IMG/VR virus record: IMGVR_UViG_3300032246_002986
Location: 1 to 64,000 of that record
DNA length: 64,000 nucleotides
From: a virus
Strand: one strand, 5' to 3'
Positions 45,601-54,148 of this stretch are shown one piece after another. Positions within the stretch are counted from its first letter, which is position 1. Every line of letters starts with the position of its first letter. The notes under the pieces were generated by a model. That model searched no databases. It worked only from the letters and a program-made list of their open reading frames with translations, and was not told the DNA's origin. A program made the position numbers and the translations under genes.

Positions 45601-48600
45601 TTTTAACTATGCTGTCTGTGTCAGGAACATTAGCCAAGCTGATGAAATTATTTGCAGCATTATACGTAAAGCCGGACACGACACCATCCACATAAACAGT
45701 GGGATCGCTGATATTGCTCACGGTAGTGAATGTGCTGACGTTACCGTTGGCCACATATTTTTCCGCAGATCTGGCAAATAGATATGCTTGCCCATTTTTG
45801 TTATAGATGACATCTCTGGTATAAGAATGGTCCGGATCTCCCACCAAGAGCAGGCTGCCGTCGGAATTGGTACTGATACTGGTTCCCAGGCTGATGGATT
45901 CCAACTTGTCCTGATCTAACAGGCCAACTTCTTTGAACCAGCTGCTATAAGTGAGGTGGATGGCAGCGGCATTGGCTGGAGGATAATAAAAAGTTATGCT
46001 ATCAGCATCTGGTGTTTTATAATAATCCACATCAGGAATCTGTAAGATACCGTCAACTGTGATTTTCACATCTCTTGCTGTCAGACTTTGGTTCAATGCA
46101 TCGTTAGGAAAGGCAAATTCGCTGGTAGCACCAGTACCTATACGGTAACTGACATTGCTGGTTACTTTCTTGTATTTGTAAGACCAGACATTATTGGTCA
46201 CCACATCGCTGACATACATCCAGCTACCATCGCTGCTCATGATTACATCAGTACCGAATGTACTACCTGGAGCCAGATTGGGATAGATGGTGAGCCTGGT
46301 ACCAGCTGCTATAGTCGCAGTATTATTGATGCCTATGATGCTATACAGATTGGTGCCGCCTGGCCACAAGTTGTTGATATAGGTGTTGGCTGGTATGCCA
46401 CTACCCAGTATAGCCATACCATTGGCCAGACCGGTCAAACTACTGGTGTTGGCCAGCAAGATATTGGCATTGCTGGTGCTTGTGACGCCTGTGGTGAGAT
46501 AGTTATAGTTGTCATAATGTATGACCTGATCCAGAATTATGGCCTGGCTGTTGGCGATGGCGACATATACACTGCCCTTGCTATTATATTTTGGTGCTGT
46601 TATGGCTACCAGATTGTTGTCATTGATATCCAGGTTGGTACCGAAACCGCTGCCACCCACATTGATATTGTTGCTGACCTGGCTGAATATCTTGACGAAG
46701 ATGTTGGCGCCATTGGATACAGCACTGTTGAACACCAGCACGTTGGGACTGTTGATGGTGTAATTGGCTGATGTGACGATGTTTCCGCCCACGCTAACTA
46801 GTGTGTTGCTGGTGCTGGCTCCATTAGGCAATATGAATGTTGTATAAGTGCCGTTACCTGTATTGCCATAGAGTTTAGTAGAGGTATAAGTCACACCTCC
46901 CTGTCCCTGGCCAGGATCTAGACTGCTTATCTCTCTCCAGTTACCGCTCTGATCCTTGTTGTAGACAAACACCTGACCGCCGAATCCTTTATCAGGTGCG
47001 CCTACAACAGTGATGCTTTCACTGGTATTGATTCTTATGCTGGTGCCGAATTGATCTGCTGGTACACTATATGTGGGACTGTGGGTCTCACTGTAGATCC
47101 AATTGGCTTTGTTTTGTTTGACAACGAACTCATCTCCGTTATCGATGTAAACTATTTCCCCAGTCAACCAACCTCTCACAGGTGTCTTGTATGTGAAATC
47201 CTGAACGTTGCTGAATCGTACATTTGTTAACTTGTACACGTTGGCATTCAAGCTGCCGCTGCTGACAGTGCTGTTGTTGGTGATTTTCACAGTGAAGCTG
47301 GTATTGGTGGCTCTGGTTACACGGTAAAAACCGCTGAGATCTATAACGCCGGCAGTGGTGCTACTGGAGCCAGTCTTGGCGTTCTTGAGCATGACATAAT
47401 CCAGCACCACGAGTTTGTGGGGGATATCTGTTATGAAAGTTATCTCTGTGGGACTGGTCTGGTTTACGTTGATAACTTTCACATTGCCATTGGCTGAAAG
47501 TCTATAAACTCCCCACTGGTTGCTGCTGTCAGCAGCTATCCAAATCTTACTGCCTTCGCTCAAGATGGTGTTTAATTTACTAATATTGTATATTTTGTTT
47601 ATATCGAACACAGTGGCATTGACATCTGTCAACTGGACAGGTCCTGCACTTGCATAGTTTTCTTTAGGTGCAGTAATGGCAGTGAATGGTTCCAGTGTGT
47701 AGGATTTGGGTTTGATCAACAGGTCTGTGTACTTCACACTGTTGTAGATATCGCTGCGCTGGTCGGTCTGGGACACAAACTCGAACAAATAATTGTTGTT
47801 TATGACTTTACTGTTGGCAAGACTGAATTCGATTTTTTCTCTGTTGCTGATGCCACCGTAGCTGCCGATCTTCACAGCCCATTGTTCTTTGATCTCCAGG
47901 TCGGTGTTCAAACGATTCTGGCTGTTACGCAGGAAGGCATTCATTACCGCCTGTGTGCCTTTTTGCTTGATCATACCCAGATAGAACTTGTATTGGCTGG
48001 TGCGATCCATACCCAGATCCGTGAAATACTGGCGATCCTGGAATCCGAAAGCGTGTTTGCTTTGTCTATCTGCCGTGGTATTGAGGTCTGGACTGTCGCT
48101 GTCGTAGAAATTGGTGAACTGAGCTGCTTGGCTTGCCATATTTGGCATCAGTTGCTTGTTGAGCATATCGCCGTTTATCTGATACCAGTTACTGGCGGTA
48201 AATTTCTTGTTGCCAGGGATGAAGTTTTGTGCAGCATAATATTGATTCTTATAGAGTACTATATCACCTTTGTAATAATCAGTGAAACTGGCCCATTGTT
48301 CCACTGGCACGTGATTTATCAGGAACCCAGGAGCATAAAGACTACCGTTCCATTCACTGGTTTTAGCACCATCCAGACGCAATCTGAACTGTCTGCTGCC
48401 GATCTTTTCTTCATACAGCACATCGTTGAACACTGTTTTGTTATCGAACACCAGGCAATGTTCATATTGTACCACTGCTATGTCCAGCAGGTGTATGCCT
48501 TTTTGTTGGTTTTTCAGATTGATATTGAAATAATTGTCTTCACGGTATACTCTGTAATCGCGACCCGTCAACACTACCCCGTCGCTGTCTATGACTTTGG

Positions 48601-51600
48601 TATAGTTGTGATCATTGGTTATTTTATCCACGATACCGAAAGGACTGTTGAAACCCAATTTGGTTCCAGCTGGTGTGAGACTGATAACGGTGCTGCTGCC
48701 CCAATTCTGCTGATTCCAGAACAGGAATTCTTTTGCACTCAATGTGAAATCAGATATAGTGGCATTGTCTGGCAACAGGTTATCGAAAACAAAACCCTGA
48801 TTTTCCAGATATCTGCCATAGCTTATCAGGAAGTCCACGACCTGTTGTTGGCTTGTGAAAATGGTATTATAAGGATAGCTGGTGACAGAGTCGTAACTGT
48901 CCTGATAGACGATAGCACGTTCGCTACCGCTGGTGATGGTGTAGTTGTTGTTGGTGACACGGCTGGGTATCACCAGGAAGTATGGTCTTTCTTTATCGAA
49001 TCCATTGATCTGGAAACCACTGGCTGTCTTCTGGATGATCACAGCACTGTAGACGGCACGGCTCACAGGCGCACTCTTGCTTACTATCAGTTCATAATTC
49101 TCAGCAGGTATCAGGATACTGCTGTTGCTGCTCTGTGGGCTTACCTGGTCGGCCACCACTGTGAGATAACTCTTGTCAGTGAAGCCTGCCATCTTATACA
49201 CCAGATTGAATGTGCTGTTTTCCACAACATCGGTCCAGTGGCTCTGGCTGTCCAGGTTCAAATATGTGAGACGTTCTTGTATCCAGATGTTTAAACCTGG
49301 CACATATTCGCTAGGGCTGCTTAATTTGAAATCGAACATACGATTATTGTTGGCAACGTTTATGATCTGATCCAGTTTGCTGTTGTAAACCAGGTCTCTG
49401 GTATTATACTTCAATGCACAATATTCTGCAGGACGAGCCAGCATCCAGGCCAGTTGCACAGCGAATGGATAGTCACTGCTGCGTCTCCAGGCTGTCTCCT
49501 GTGGACTTTGGTCGCCTATCCTCCAATTATCTGCTGCTGTGCTGTCATCATATGATGTCACGATGCTTTGCAGCGGAGGCAACAGGTTACCGTGTTCATC
49601 CACTGGGATTATCTTGGTCAAACCTGGTCTGGAATAACGGGTATCGATATAACTGGCACTGGGATTGCCGTTATACACTTTACCTGCTTCCAGATCTTTC
49701 CACAGGCTCAAATTTTGTCCTGTGTAAGGCGCAGGTCCATAATAGGCTTCCCACCAGGTTGGTTTAATGCTGAAACCCAGCATTTCCCAAGGATGAGTAT
49801 GAGGTCTGTCTGTGTCATAGAAGTACTGATAGATACCTCTCCAATAACCAGGAACCGTATCTTTGAACAACTTGTCCGTGGCTTTGCTGTAATTGAAGCT
49901 GAATAGGTCGCTGGTCTTGACAAGTGCTTGTAGCGTATTCTCGAATACGTTGACCTTATTGTTGCTGGCCCAAGTCAAATAACTGGTGGCCAGCAGTTGT
50001 GTCCACTCAGCAAGGCTGTAATCAGTTTTACGGAAAGCACCTGGCACCACACTGGGCAGATCGAAATTGCTGTTGTTCTGGTATGACACCTCTATGTTGT
50101 TGTAAACACGTTTTTCATATTCCAACAGGATATAGTCTCTGTAGTCGCCGTAAGCAACGGTGATGCTGCCATCGTGTCCCACTATGACCTGCTGTGCGCC
50201 GCTGCTGTAAGTGTCATCAGTGCGTATTTCAGGTATGAACTTGGGGTATAGTCCCAGTTTAGTAGGTGTTGCTGGCACACTGCATCCGGCAGTAGTTGTG
50301 TATTCGTGTACCTTCAATACATCATTACGCACTATCGTCAGGCTGTCCAGTAATGTCAGAGTGTAGTTTACTAGGCTGTAATCCCTGTCTTTAACCAACA
50401 GAACGTCGTTGAGATAAATCAATACTGCCTGATAACCATAGGGTTTGGAAGCATAACTGTTTGTCAGATTAAATGTGCGATAAGTGGTATTTGCTATGGT
50501 ATATTGGTTTATGATGTAACTGTTGCCAAACGCCACCATATCTGTGTAATAGTAGTTGCTGGTAATCATGCTATTCTGGTTGAAATTCTGCAGGATTATA
50601 TCCACACAATCTTTATAATTGCTGCTATTGGGGAATTGGTTGTTATTCAAATAGTCTATGAATTGGTATTTGAAATTCTGGTAACTTTGCGCTGCAAATA
50701 CTATGGCTTTAGCAGGATCAGCATCTTGGTTAGCCAGCATCAGAGCAGCTGGTCGTAGGCTAGCACTGTGCTGTAGCAATTTACCACCGATATTGGTGTA
50801 ATTGATATCACGGAAATTATTGCTACCAGCAGCACTACCAGTCATCTCCAAGCTGTTATTGCCTATTTCGATCAGATGGTTACGCAGATCTCCCAGCGTA
50901 ACTTGTGTTAAATCTTCGTTACCGCTGTTGAAGTTAAGATTTTTAGGTATGCTGTAATCTTGCTTATAATTTAAACTGCTTCCGAATATTTTTATGAAAA
51001 CACGATCAGTAGGCACCAGAGCAGTGGCGAAAGTTATCACACAGCTGGTATTGCTGGTTTTGATGGTGTAATCGGTATTCTGTGCTTTTAATTTACTGTT
51101 GACGTAAACGAACAGATTATTTTCAAAATAGCTGTTGCTGTATTTGACATCCAGATCGAAATTATTTGTCTGTAATTCAGTGACATCTATGGTTTTACAG
51201 ATGTACTGCTTGCTCTTATCTGTAACGCTCTTCCATCCATTGGCGAATTTGTAATTATCGTAACCATTGATGATAGCAGCATAACCCATATTGATGTTTT
51301 TTACTGTATCGGCTTTATTGTAGTTGTAATTGAATAGGTCGGTGTTGTAGTAATTTTCGAATACTATGTCGCCGATATTCCCTATGTTTTTATAGACAAG
51401 CGGAAAACCCAGTTCTGTATCACGACTGCCTGTGCCTATGGCATAATTAAACAGGTAGCTTCCTGCGAAATTACTGCTGGGATATGCACCAGTATCGCTC
51501 AAACTGATGCTGTCATTGTCCAGGATGTCGAAAAGAGGAAACTGTGGACGACTGGTCTTCTGTTGGCAAGCGATGTATTCATTGTTTAGGAATTTGTAAA

Positions 51601-54139
51601 CCTGTCCCTGTCTCACTGTGCCTTCCATTGCAACCACAGTGTCTCCATCAGAAAGTTGTTTAACGGGCACCAGGTTGATTTGGCTAGCTGTGTTGTCCAG
51701 ATAAAATTCGGTGGCTCTGGGAATGTCTACTACCAGGTTGTTGCTTAAATAGACCAGATTATTGACTGTGTCCACGTATTTGACAGTGGCAGTGATGTTA
51801 TTGCCAAAAATATTAGTGATTTCTGTACTGGTATTGGTATCCATACAATAGCTGTATACTTTTTGTCCTTGCACTATGTTATTAACATCATAGACACTGA
51901 TGACATTCGTACCCGCTGTGCTGTAATTATAAGTTGGATCCGTGGTATATGTGGCAGCGTTTACGTTGCGACTATAGTAGCTGGTTATCCGATAGACTGT
52001 CTTCCTTACCTCTGGATCGTGATCATTAGCAAACACCACTGTCAAACCATCCAGCAATTCTATACCGTCGGTGTCGAACACACCATCTGTATTGATGGCT
52101 CCGCTGTTCAAACCTTCCACTTCCAACATAGCATTGTTTATTTTAGTGTCAATTACTGTGACAGGACCTGCAAAGTTATCTCCGTAATTGAACAATTTAA
52201 GATCAGGCAGGAATTCGATGACAGGTCTTTTGGCCTGATCAGCACTGTCGAAAACAAAAACCTGGTTGGAAACATCTGCTGCATATTGCAAAACATCACG
52301 ATGGAACCAGCGATTGTTACGGCTCCAAGGATTGCCGTCTCTGCTGCTGCGATTGATCACCATGTAATCTTTTTGTGTAGGAGCATTGAGAGTGGCATCG
52401 AAGTTACCAGCATCATATGTGGTATCACTGAAGTAGTCACTGATGTTGTTGTTGATAATTTCCGGGGTGACTAGATCTTGCCAAGGTATCAATTTGATGC
52501 CTTTGCCCACTTGTTCTACCACGTACTCATTATCCTGGTAAGACTTGGGATAGACGTTGCCTGTGAATTTAATTTTCAGTCCGCTGGTGAATTTCACACC
52601 ATTGGGACTGATATATTGATCTCTGCCCAAGATCTGGTTGATGTTCAATTGGGCACTGCTGCCGCTATCAACCAGGTTGATCACTCCATATATCAGGGGA
52701 TTATCCGCATCCTGATAGTAAAGCGTATCCACGTTGGCTGTGAGATTGGGGAATGGCAGGACCTGACCACTGCTGTTCTTGTAGCAGTACAGATGCCCAT
52801 ATTTGGTTCCCTGGTTGACGAAAGTCTTATATTCATTAGGCCAGCCCGTTTCATAGGTCAATTTGATTTTTCTGAAATCAGGATTGGGTAGCTGGTTGTA
52901 AAAACCCACGAATACACCTGTGTTGGTCACTGTGGCAGGTTGGCTCAATACCAGAGTGGTAGTTCCTGCCCCGCTCACCACAGTGGTACTTGGCACTATG
53001 CCCTGACCGTATATGGCCTGACCGTTGACGATTCCGGTGCTGCTGGCAACTGTGATAGTGTTTGTGCTCAACAGCGTGGCAGTGGTGCTTGCTATCAGGC
53101 CACTCAATATGGTGGGATTGCTGTTGGTGACTACACGCCAGATTCCTGTGCGTTGTTCCTGTGGCACATCTGCCCAGGTATCCGCATAAGGAACATTGAT
53201 ATAGATCAATTTGTTGTCAAAGCTACGCACACCATCCATATTGTACTGGGTGATGAAATCATCGTAATTTTGATCCTGCATCTTGTTGTAGGGCACATCC
53301 ACGATCATATCGATTGTCAGGATATCAGGTAGGTTTAACAGTCTATCCTGTGCATCTTTAGTAGGCACATTGAAAATCAGGGTACCCTGATCCTGTCCGT
53401 TATTGACCACGCCCAGAACATCACGTGGGTTGATGTTGCTTTGTACAGTGCTAGTGCCAGTGGTGCCTATTTCGCTCTGGATCCAGAATCGGTGCCCTGG
53501 CTGATTCAATGCAAAAGTGTATTTGCCACCTCGTTGTAATGTTATAGTGGGATTGGTGCTGCCTGTGTAGCTGCTGATGTTATAACCGCTTTTGCCGATG
53601 CTTGCGCTCTGTACTTCAGTCTCATCGGTGGTCACATAACTGATGCGGTCCACAGTGAAATTCTTTTCCAGAGGCACACCTGCCGCTGTGACATCCACTG
53701 TGAGCGGGCCATTGGGAACCCAATAATATTGCCTGTAATTGGTCAGCTTGTCCAGATCCACGAAGCCATCATAATTGTAGTACTGGTTAGTGAACAGGCG
53801 GCTGTGATCGTTGTTCAGGCCACCGTTGCTGCTCAACTGGTTCAGCAATTCAGGATAGCTGTATACATTGTCTATCTTGTAGGTATTGCTATTGAATTGT
53901 TTCTTTTTGACTATTACGCCTGGCTCTAACTGGTAAAATTGGCTGTAACTGTCTGCTTCCCCGATGTAATAATCGTTCTTGTCATATATGGTGCTCTGAT
54001 CTTGTTGACCGATATATCCGAATATCTTTTTGAGACTGGGTTCCTGTATCAGTTGATCCACTGTGGCATTCAACAGTCTCTGATTAGTCGCAGTACGAAA
54101 AACACTGGGTAGAAATTCGGAACTTTTACGCTTTGCCAT
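39641..54139 (-). CDS. giant 4832-aa virion structural protein (baseplate wedge/fibre scaffold-like)
   Basis: Uninterrupted 14.5-kb ORF after the gp6-like gene; FG-GAP-like VGAP repeats, repeated V.xDG/NG......DY modules, VKPFHTK motif. Confidence 0.8.
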   Translation of the reverse strand: MAKRKSSEFLPSVFRTATNQRLLNATVDQLIQEPSLKKIFGYIGQQDQSTIYDKNDYYIGEADSYSQFYQLEPGVIVKKKQFNSNTYKIDNVYSYPELLNQLSSNGGLNNDHSRLFTNQYYNYDGFVDLDKLTNYRQYYWVPNGPLTVDVTAAGVPLEKNFTVDRISYVTTDETEVQSASIGKSGYNISSYTGSTNPTITLQRGGKYTFALNQPGHRFWIQSEIGTTGTSTVQSNINPRDVLGVVNNGQDQGTLIFNVPTKDAQDRLLNLPDILTIDMIVDVPYNKMQDQNYDDFITQYNMDGVRSFDNKLIYINVPYADTWADVPQEQRTGIWRVVTNSNPTILSGLIASTTATLLSTNTITVASSTGIVNGQAIYGQGIVPSTTVVSGAGTTTLVLSQPATVTNTGVFVGFYNQLPNPDFRKIKLTYETGWPNEYKTFVNQGTKYGHLYCYKNSSGQVLPFPNLTANVDTLYYQDADNPLIYGVINLVDSGSSAQLNINQILGRDQYISPNGVKFTSGLKIKFTGNVYPKSYQDNEYVVEQVGKGIKLIPWQDLVTPEIINNNISDYFSDTTYDAGNFDATLNAPTQKDYMVINRSSRDGNPWSRNNRWFHRDVLQYAADVSNQVFVFDSADQAKRPVIEFLPDLKLFNYGDNFAGPVTVIDTKINNAMLEVEGLNSGAINTDGVFDTDGIELLDGLTVVFANDHDPEVRKTVYRITSYYSRNVNAATYTTDPTYNYSTAGTNVISVYDVNNIVQGQKVYSYCMDTNTSTEITNIFGNNITATVKYVDTVNNLVYLSNNLVVDIPRATEFYLDNTASQINLVPVKQLSDGDTVVAMEGTVRQGQVYKFLNNEYIACQQKTSRPQFPLFDILDNDSISLSDTGAYPSSNFAGSYLFNYAIGTGSRDTELGFPLVYKNIGNIGDIVFENYYNTDLFNYNYNKADTVKNINMGYAAIINGYDNYKFANGWKSVTDKSKQYICKTIDVTELQTNNFDLDVKYSNSYFENNLFVYVNSKLKAQNTDYTIKTSNTSCVITFATALVPTDRVFIKIFGSSLNYKQDYSIPKNLNFNSGNEDLTQVTLGDLRNHLIEIGNNSLEMTGSAAGSNNFRDINYTNIGGKLLQHSASLRPAALMLANQDADPAKAIVFAAQSYQNFKYQFIDYLNNNQFPNSSNYKDCVDIILQNFNQNSMITSNYYYTDMVAFGNSYIINQYTIANTTYRTFNLTNSYASKPYGYQAVLIYLNDVLLVKDRDYSLVNYTLTLLDSLTIVRNDVLKVHEYTTTAGCSVPATPTKLGLYPKFIPEIRTDDTYSSGAQQVIVGHDGSITVAYGDYRDYILLEYEKRVYNNIEVSYQNNSNFDLPSVVPGAFRKTDYSLAEWTQLLATSYLTWASNNKVNVFENTLQALVKTSDLFSFNYSKATDKLFKDTVPGYWRGIYQYFYDTDRPHTHPWEMLGFSIKPTWWEAYYGPAPYTGQNLSLWKDLEAGKVYNGNPSASYIDTRYSRPGLTKIIPVDEHGNLLPPLQSIVTSYDDSTAADNWRIGDQSPQETAWRRSSDYPFAVQLAWMLARPAEYCALKYNTRDLVYNSKLDQIINVANNNRMFDFKLSSPSEYVPGLNIWIQERLTYLNLDSQSHWTDVVENSTFNLVYKMAGFTDKSYLTVVADQVSPQSSNSSILIPAENYELIVSKSAPVSRAVYSAVIIQKTASGFQINGFDKERPYFLVIPSRVTNNNYTITSGSERAIVYQDSYDSVTSYPYNTIFTSQQQVVDFLISYGRYLENQGFVFDNLLPDNATISDFTLSAKEFLFWNQQNWGSSTVISLTPAGTKLGFNSPFGIVDKITNDHNYTKVIDSDGVVLTGRDYRVYREDNYFNINLKNQQKGIHLLDIAVVQYEHCLVFDNKTVFNDVLYEEKIGSRQFRLRLDGAKTSEWNGSLYAPGFLINHVPVEQWASFTDYYKGDIVLYKNQYYAAQNFIPGNKKFTASNWYQINGDMLNKQLMPNMASQAAQFTNFYDSDSPDLNTTADRQSKHAFGFQDRQYFTDLGMDRTSQYKFYLGMIKQKGTQAVMNAFLRNSQNRLNTDLEIKEQWAVKIGSYGGISNREKIEFSLANSKVINNNYLFEFVSQTDQRSDIYNSVKYTDLLIKPKSYTLEPFTAITAPKENYASAGPVQLTDVNATVFDINKIYNISKLNTILSEGSKIWIAADSSNQWGVYRLSANGNVKVINVNQTSPTEITFITDIPHKLVVLDYVMLKNAKTGSSSTTAGVIDLSGFYRVTRATNTSFTVKITNNSTVSSGSLNANVYKLTNVRFSNVQDFTYKTPVRGWLTGEIVYIDNGDEFVVKQNKANWIYSETHSPTYSVPADQFGTSIRINTSESITVVGAPDKGFGGQVFVYNKDQSGNWREISSLDPGQGQGGVTYTSTKLYGNTGNGTYTTFILPNGASTSNTLVSVGGNIVTSANYTINSPNVLVFNSAVSNGANIFVKIFSQVSNNINVGGSGFGTNLDINDNNLVAITAPKYNSKGSVYVAIANSQAIILDQVIHYDNYNYLTTGVTSTSNANILLANTSSLTGLANGMAILGSGIPANTYINNLWPGGTNLYSIIGINNTATIAAGTRLTIYPNLAPGSTFGTDVIMSSDGSWMYVSDVVTNNVWSYKYKKVTSNVSYRIGTGATSEFAFPNDALNQSLTARDVKITVDGILQIPDVDYYKTPDADSITFYYPPANAAAIHLTYSSWFKEVGLLDQDKLESISLGTSISTNSDGSLLLVGDPDHSYTRDVIYNKNGQAYLFARSAEKYVANGNVSTFTTVSNISDPTVYVDGVVSGFTYNAANNFISLANVPDTDSIVKIDTNQLVLKNTLYPDSGQEKMNFGQKVAVCPTGCSYYVSAPNFNNTTTNNGIVYRFVDVGRQYGSVTGTVSTLSEQFTGSKISINDFIVTFTGNTIASAVNDINQANIRGVVASISSSGYIKIDSTDTTSNNKLDIRNVPVAGQELINTVGQLGLSPVKLVQKIFSPLNQDTERFGEKLNLNYWGNSLVIGATLSNNRLTTTFDNNLTSFDRFSLRYYDTIYRSGAAHLYEYQQSLTETADDIGNFAYASLISTKTISSLDRFSTGIDIGKQYIVVGAPNGKTLGNPTGVMHVYYNKTSTPNWQTIRQSKTKHDSSLITRIYLYNTTTGLLIKELPIVDIFQNKLPNSMESYIDYSVNYDPATYSNVPTTVSFAFDKKNNWGPEKVGSLWWDTNSIKYYDYTQGSTLDQFNTWSLAFPNSTVSIYEWIESDLIPSDYAAKNPLSPPLYTVNNVYSTKVVIDTKTGLPVTRYYFWVRNSLRVRPGQSRPTALEIQNTIANPKNTQDAFATVINSGSFAIYNAASLINNDTNVVVEYKTINNPKPVHVEWTLFDDGTDLGVAEEFLNKLNDSLANQDSGTRMVPDPALSLNEKYGIDLRPRQNIFKDSFTARKFYIEQLNAICTEFPIVLTRNKAVESLDYVDAEPIADTYTVKVNNNEELEFLNKNEYLIDDLALVSDDITAKGWAVYKLVSDAVGTRSWSLYKVQKFNVNNYWSYKDWYSTKYNDSIVFDYILDTERDLSNINLKVGQIIYIKNSTSNGWKIVLINNNNIELIAQQNGTIEFATSLYDQVSAGFGYQTASLEASGFASDNNIEFRHIFEVVQNQLLIAEYRSKFKNLIKIMIDTAANQHLQNDWLFKTSFVDIYHRVRGLDKLPVYLPQPETIVTDFFQEVKPFHTKLKQYVAKYDNKNSPDYANTGVSDFDLPSYYNTTSKTYRSPQLGNSLDTNLIETKAIYQPWNNNHKYQVIRIDVVSSGTGYTGSTTVKVIGDGTGATATVEILNGGVYTVNVTNMGKDYTYAQVVVYGLGTGAKVVPILGNNVARSFDTTIKFDRYTYFNNIQDWQADTTYSIDTVVVNNFEPYRVIANHTSTEKFDFTKFLPLKVKVWYPYTDYDAHDIIIYNRASYVAEINKVTTYTTDSVKTSYPIDQTNNTNSILVTNDNIIVTLNSTALTENIDYVIIRDNINSPNVVFFTAPASAGTLSINYKLASVFTSKNVFDMEYLSAYNGLWLDNACDRIWSYYSPTLGQAGKDLAQLMTGIHYGGVNVLGPVFVATPNYDIVNFDTKTYDVQTKDISGVYDTAGNYEEDTNIISSYTDSKLGLRPEDIIVLGGEYVDTYSSHAPEELVPGIMSDTLDIKVRTLAGSGGPEIKVFSTGASKGVLSYSFDPAVTGVSWPQSGIEKILVFNDNSGPKGNPQAENTDFTIDWYNKTVDFTTSPQDGDGLYFIMLGSTGVNPVYDLNLYADGAETDFDLTDNVLSDVQQAYVKVNGSKVNNWQLVNKLTNGRKILSVRFDTPPAENDFVQIHLYNLALGTRAYTEITEQTFVVNSSSPSYASDYTFYLSNPAEYVDPIGAYTIVRLNQNDLIPSQQSYYIGDAITTTFTLTDSYVKDYSIVISDDIVVVVDGVTKVDTIDYTLNKRSVTVGSVTTWYVDVVFTTAPALNSKITIGDYSSADYRIYGNNTLILSNRITLNQYDVVTAVTMGNHDVTGLYTKIFSGSTNTTTVIDLGFDNNGFESPFDNELNTVAILNSTFTLPVPVYNYNQLYITLKDPNTTGGYNLSPYSEYYLQTPTKLILSDDLGVSSNSTIVVRIFASDTRQNAVEFRIFKDIQDNTKYYAVKPNKTTYLKQDLNLTDTWMYVDDVSKLQNPDASNNLPGIVFVNGERIIYGYSDRINNRLGNLRRGTAGTGAATVHQAGTLVQDTGSFMEIPNSQDTIITADKDILLSNGYNNTRLIANGSVFTQGVMFVNPGESILTSNKTQAAFLRTS

Positions 54140-54148
54140 TTTATTACC

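Noticed and set aside
47882-49294. 470-aa + strand ORF, and similar long antisense ORFs (7865-8704, 8776-9471, 55961-56920, 57959-58738)
   Set aside because: They lie fully opposite well-supported genes and have no recognisable motifs; typical shadow ORFs
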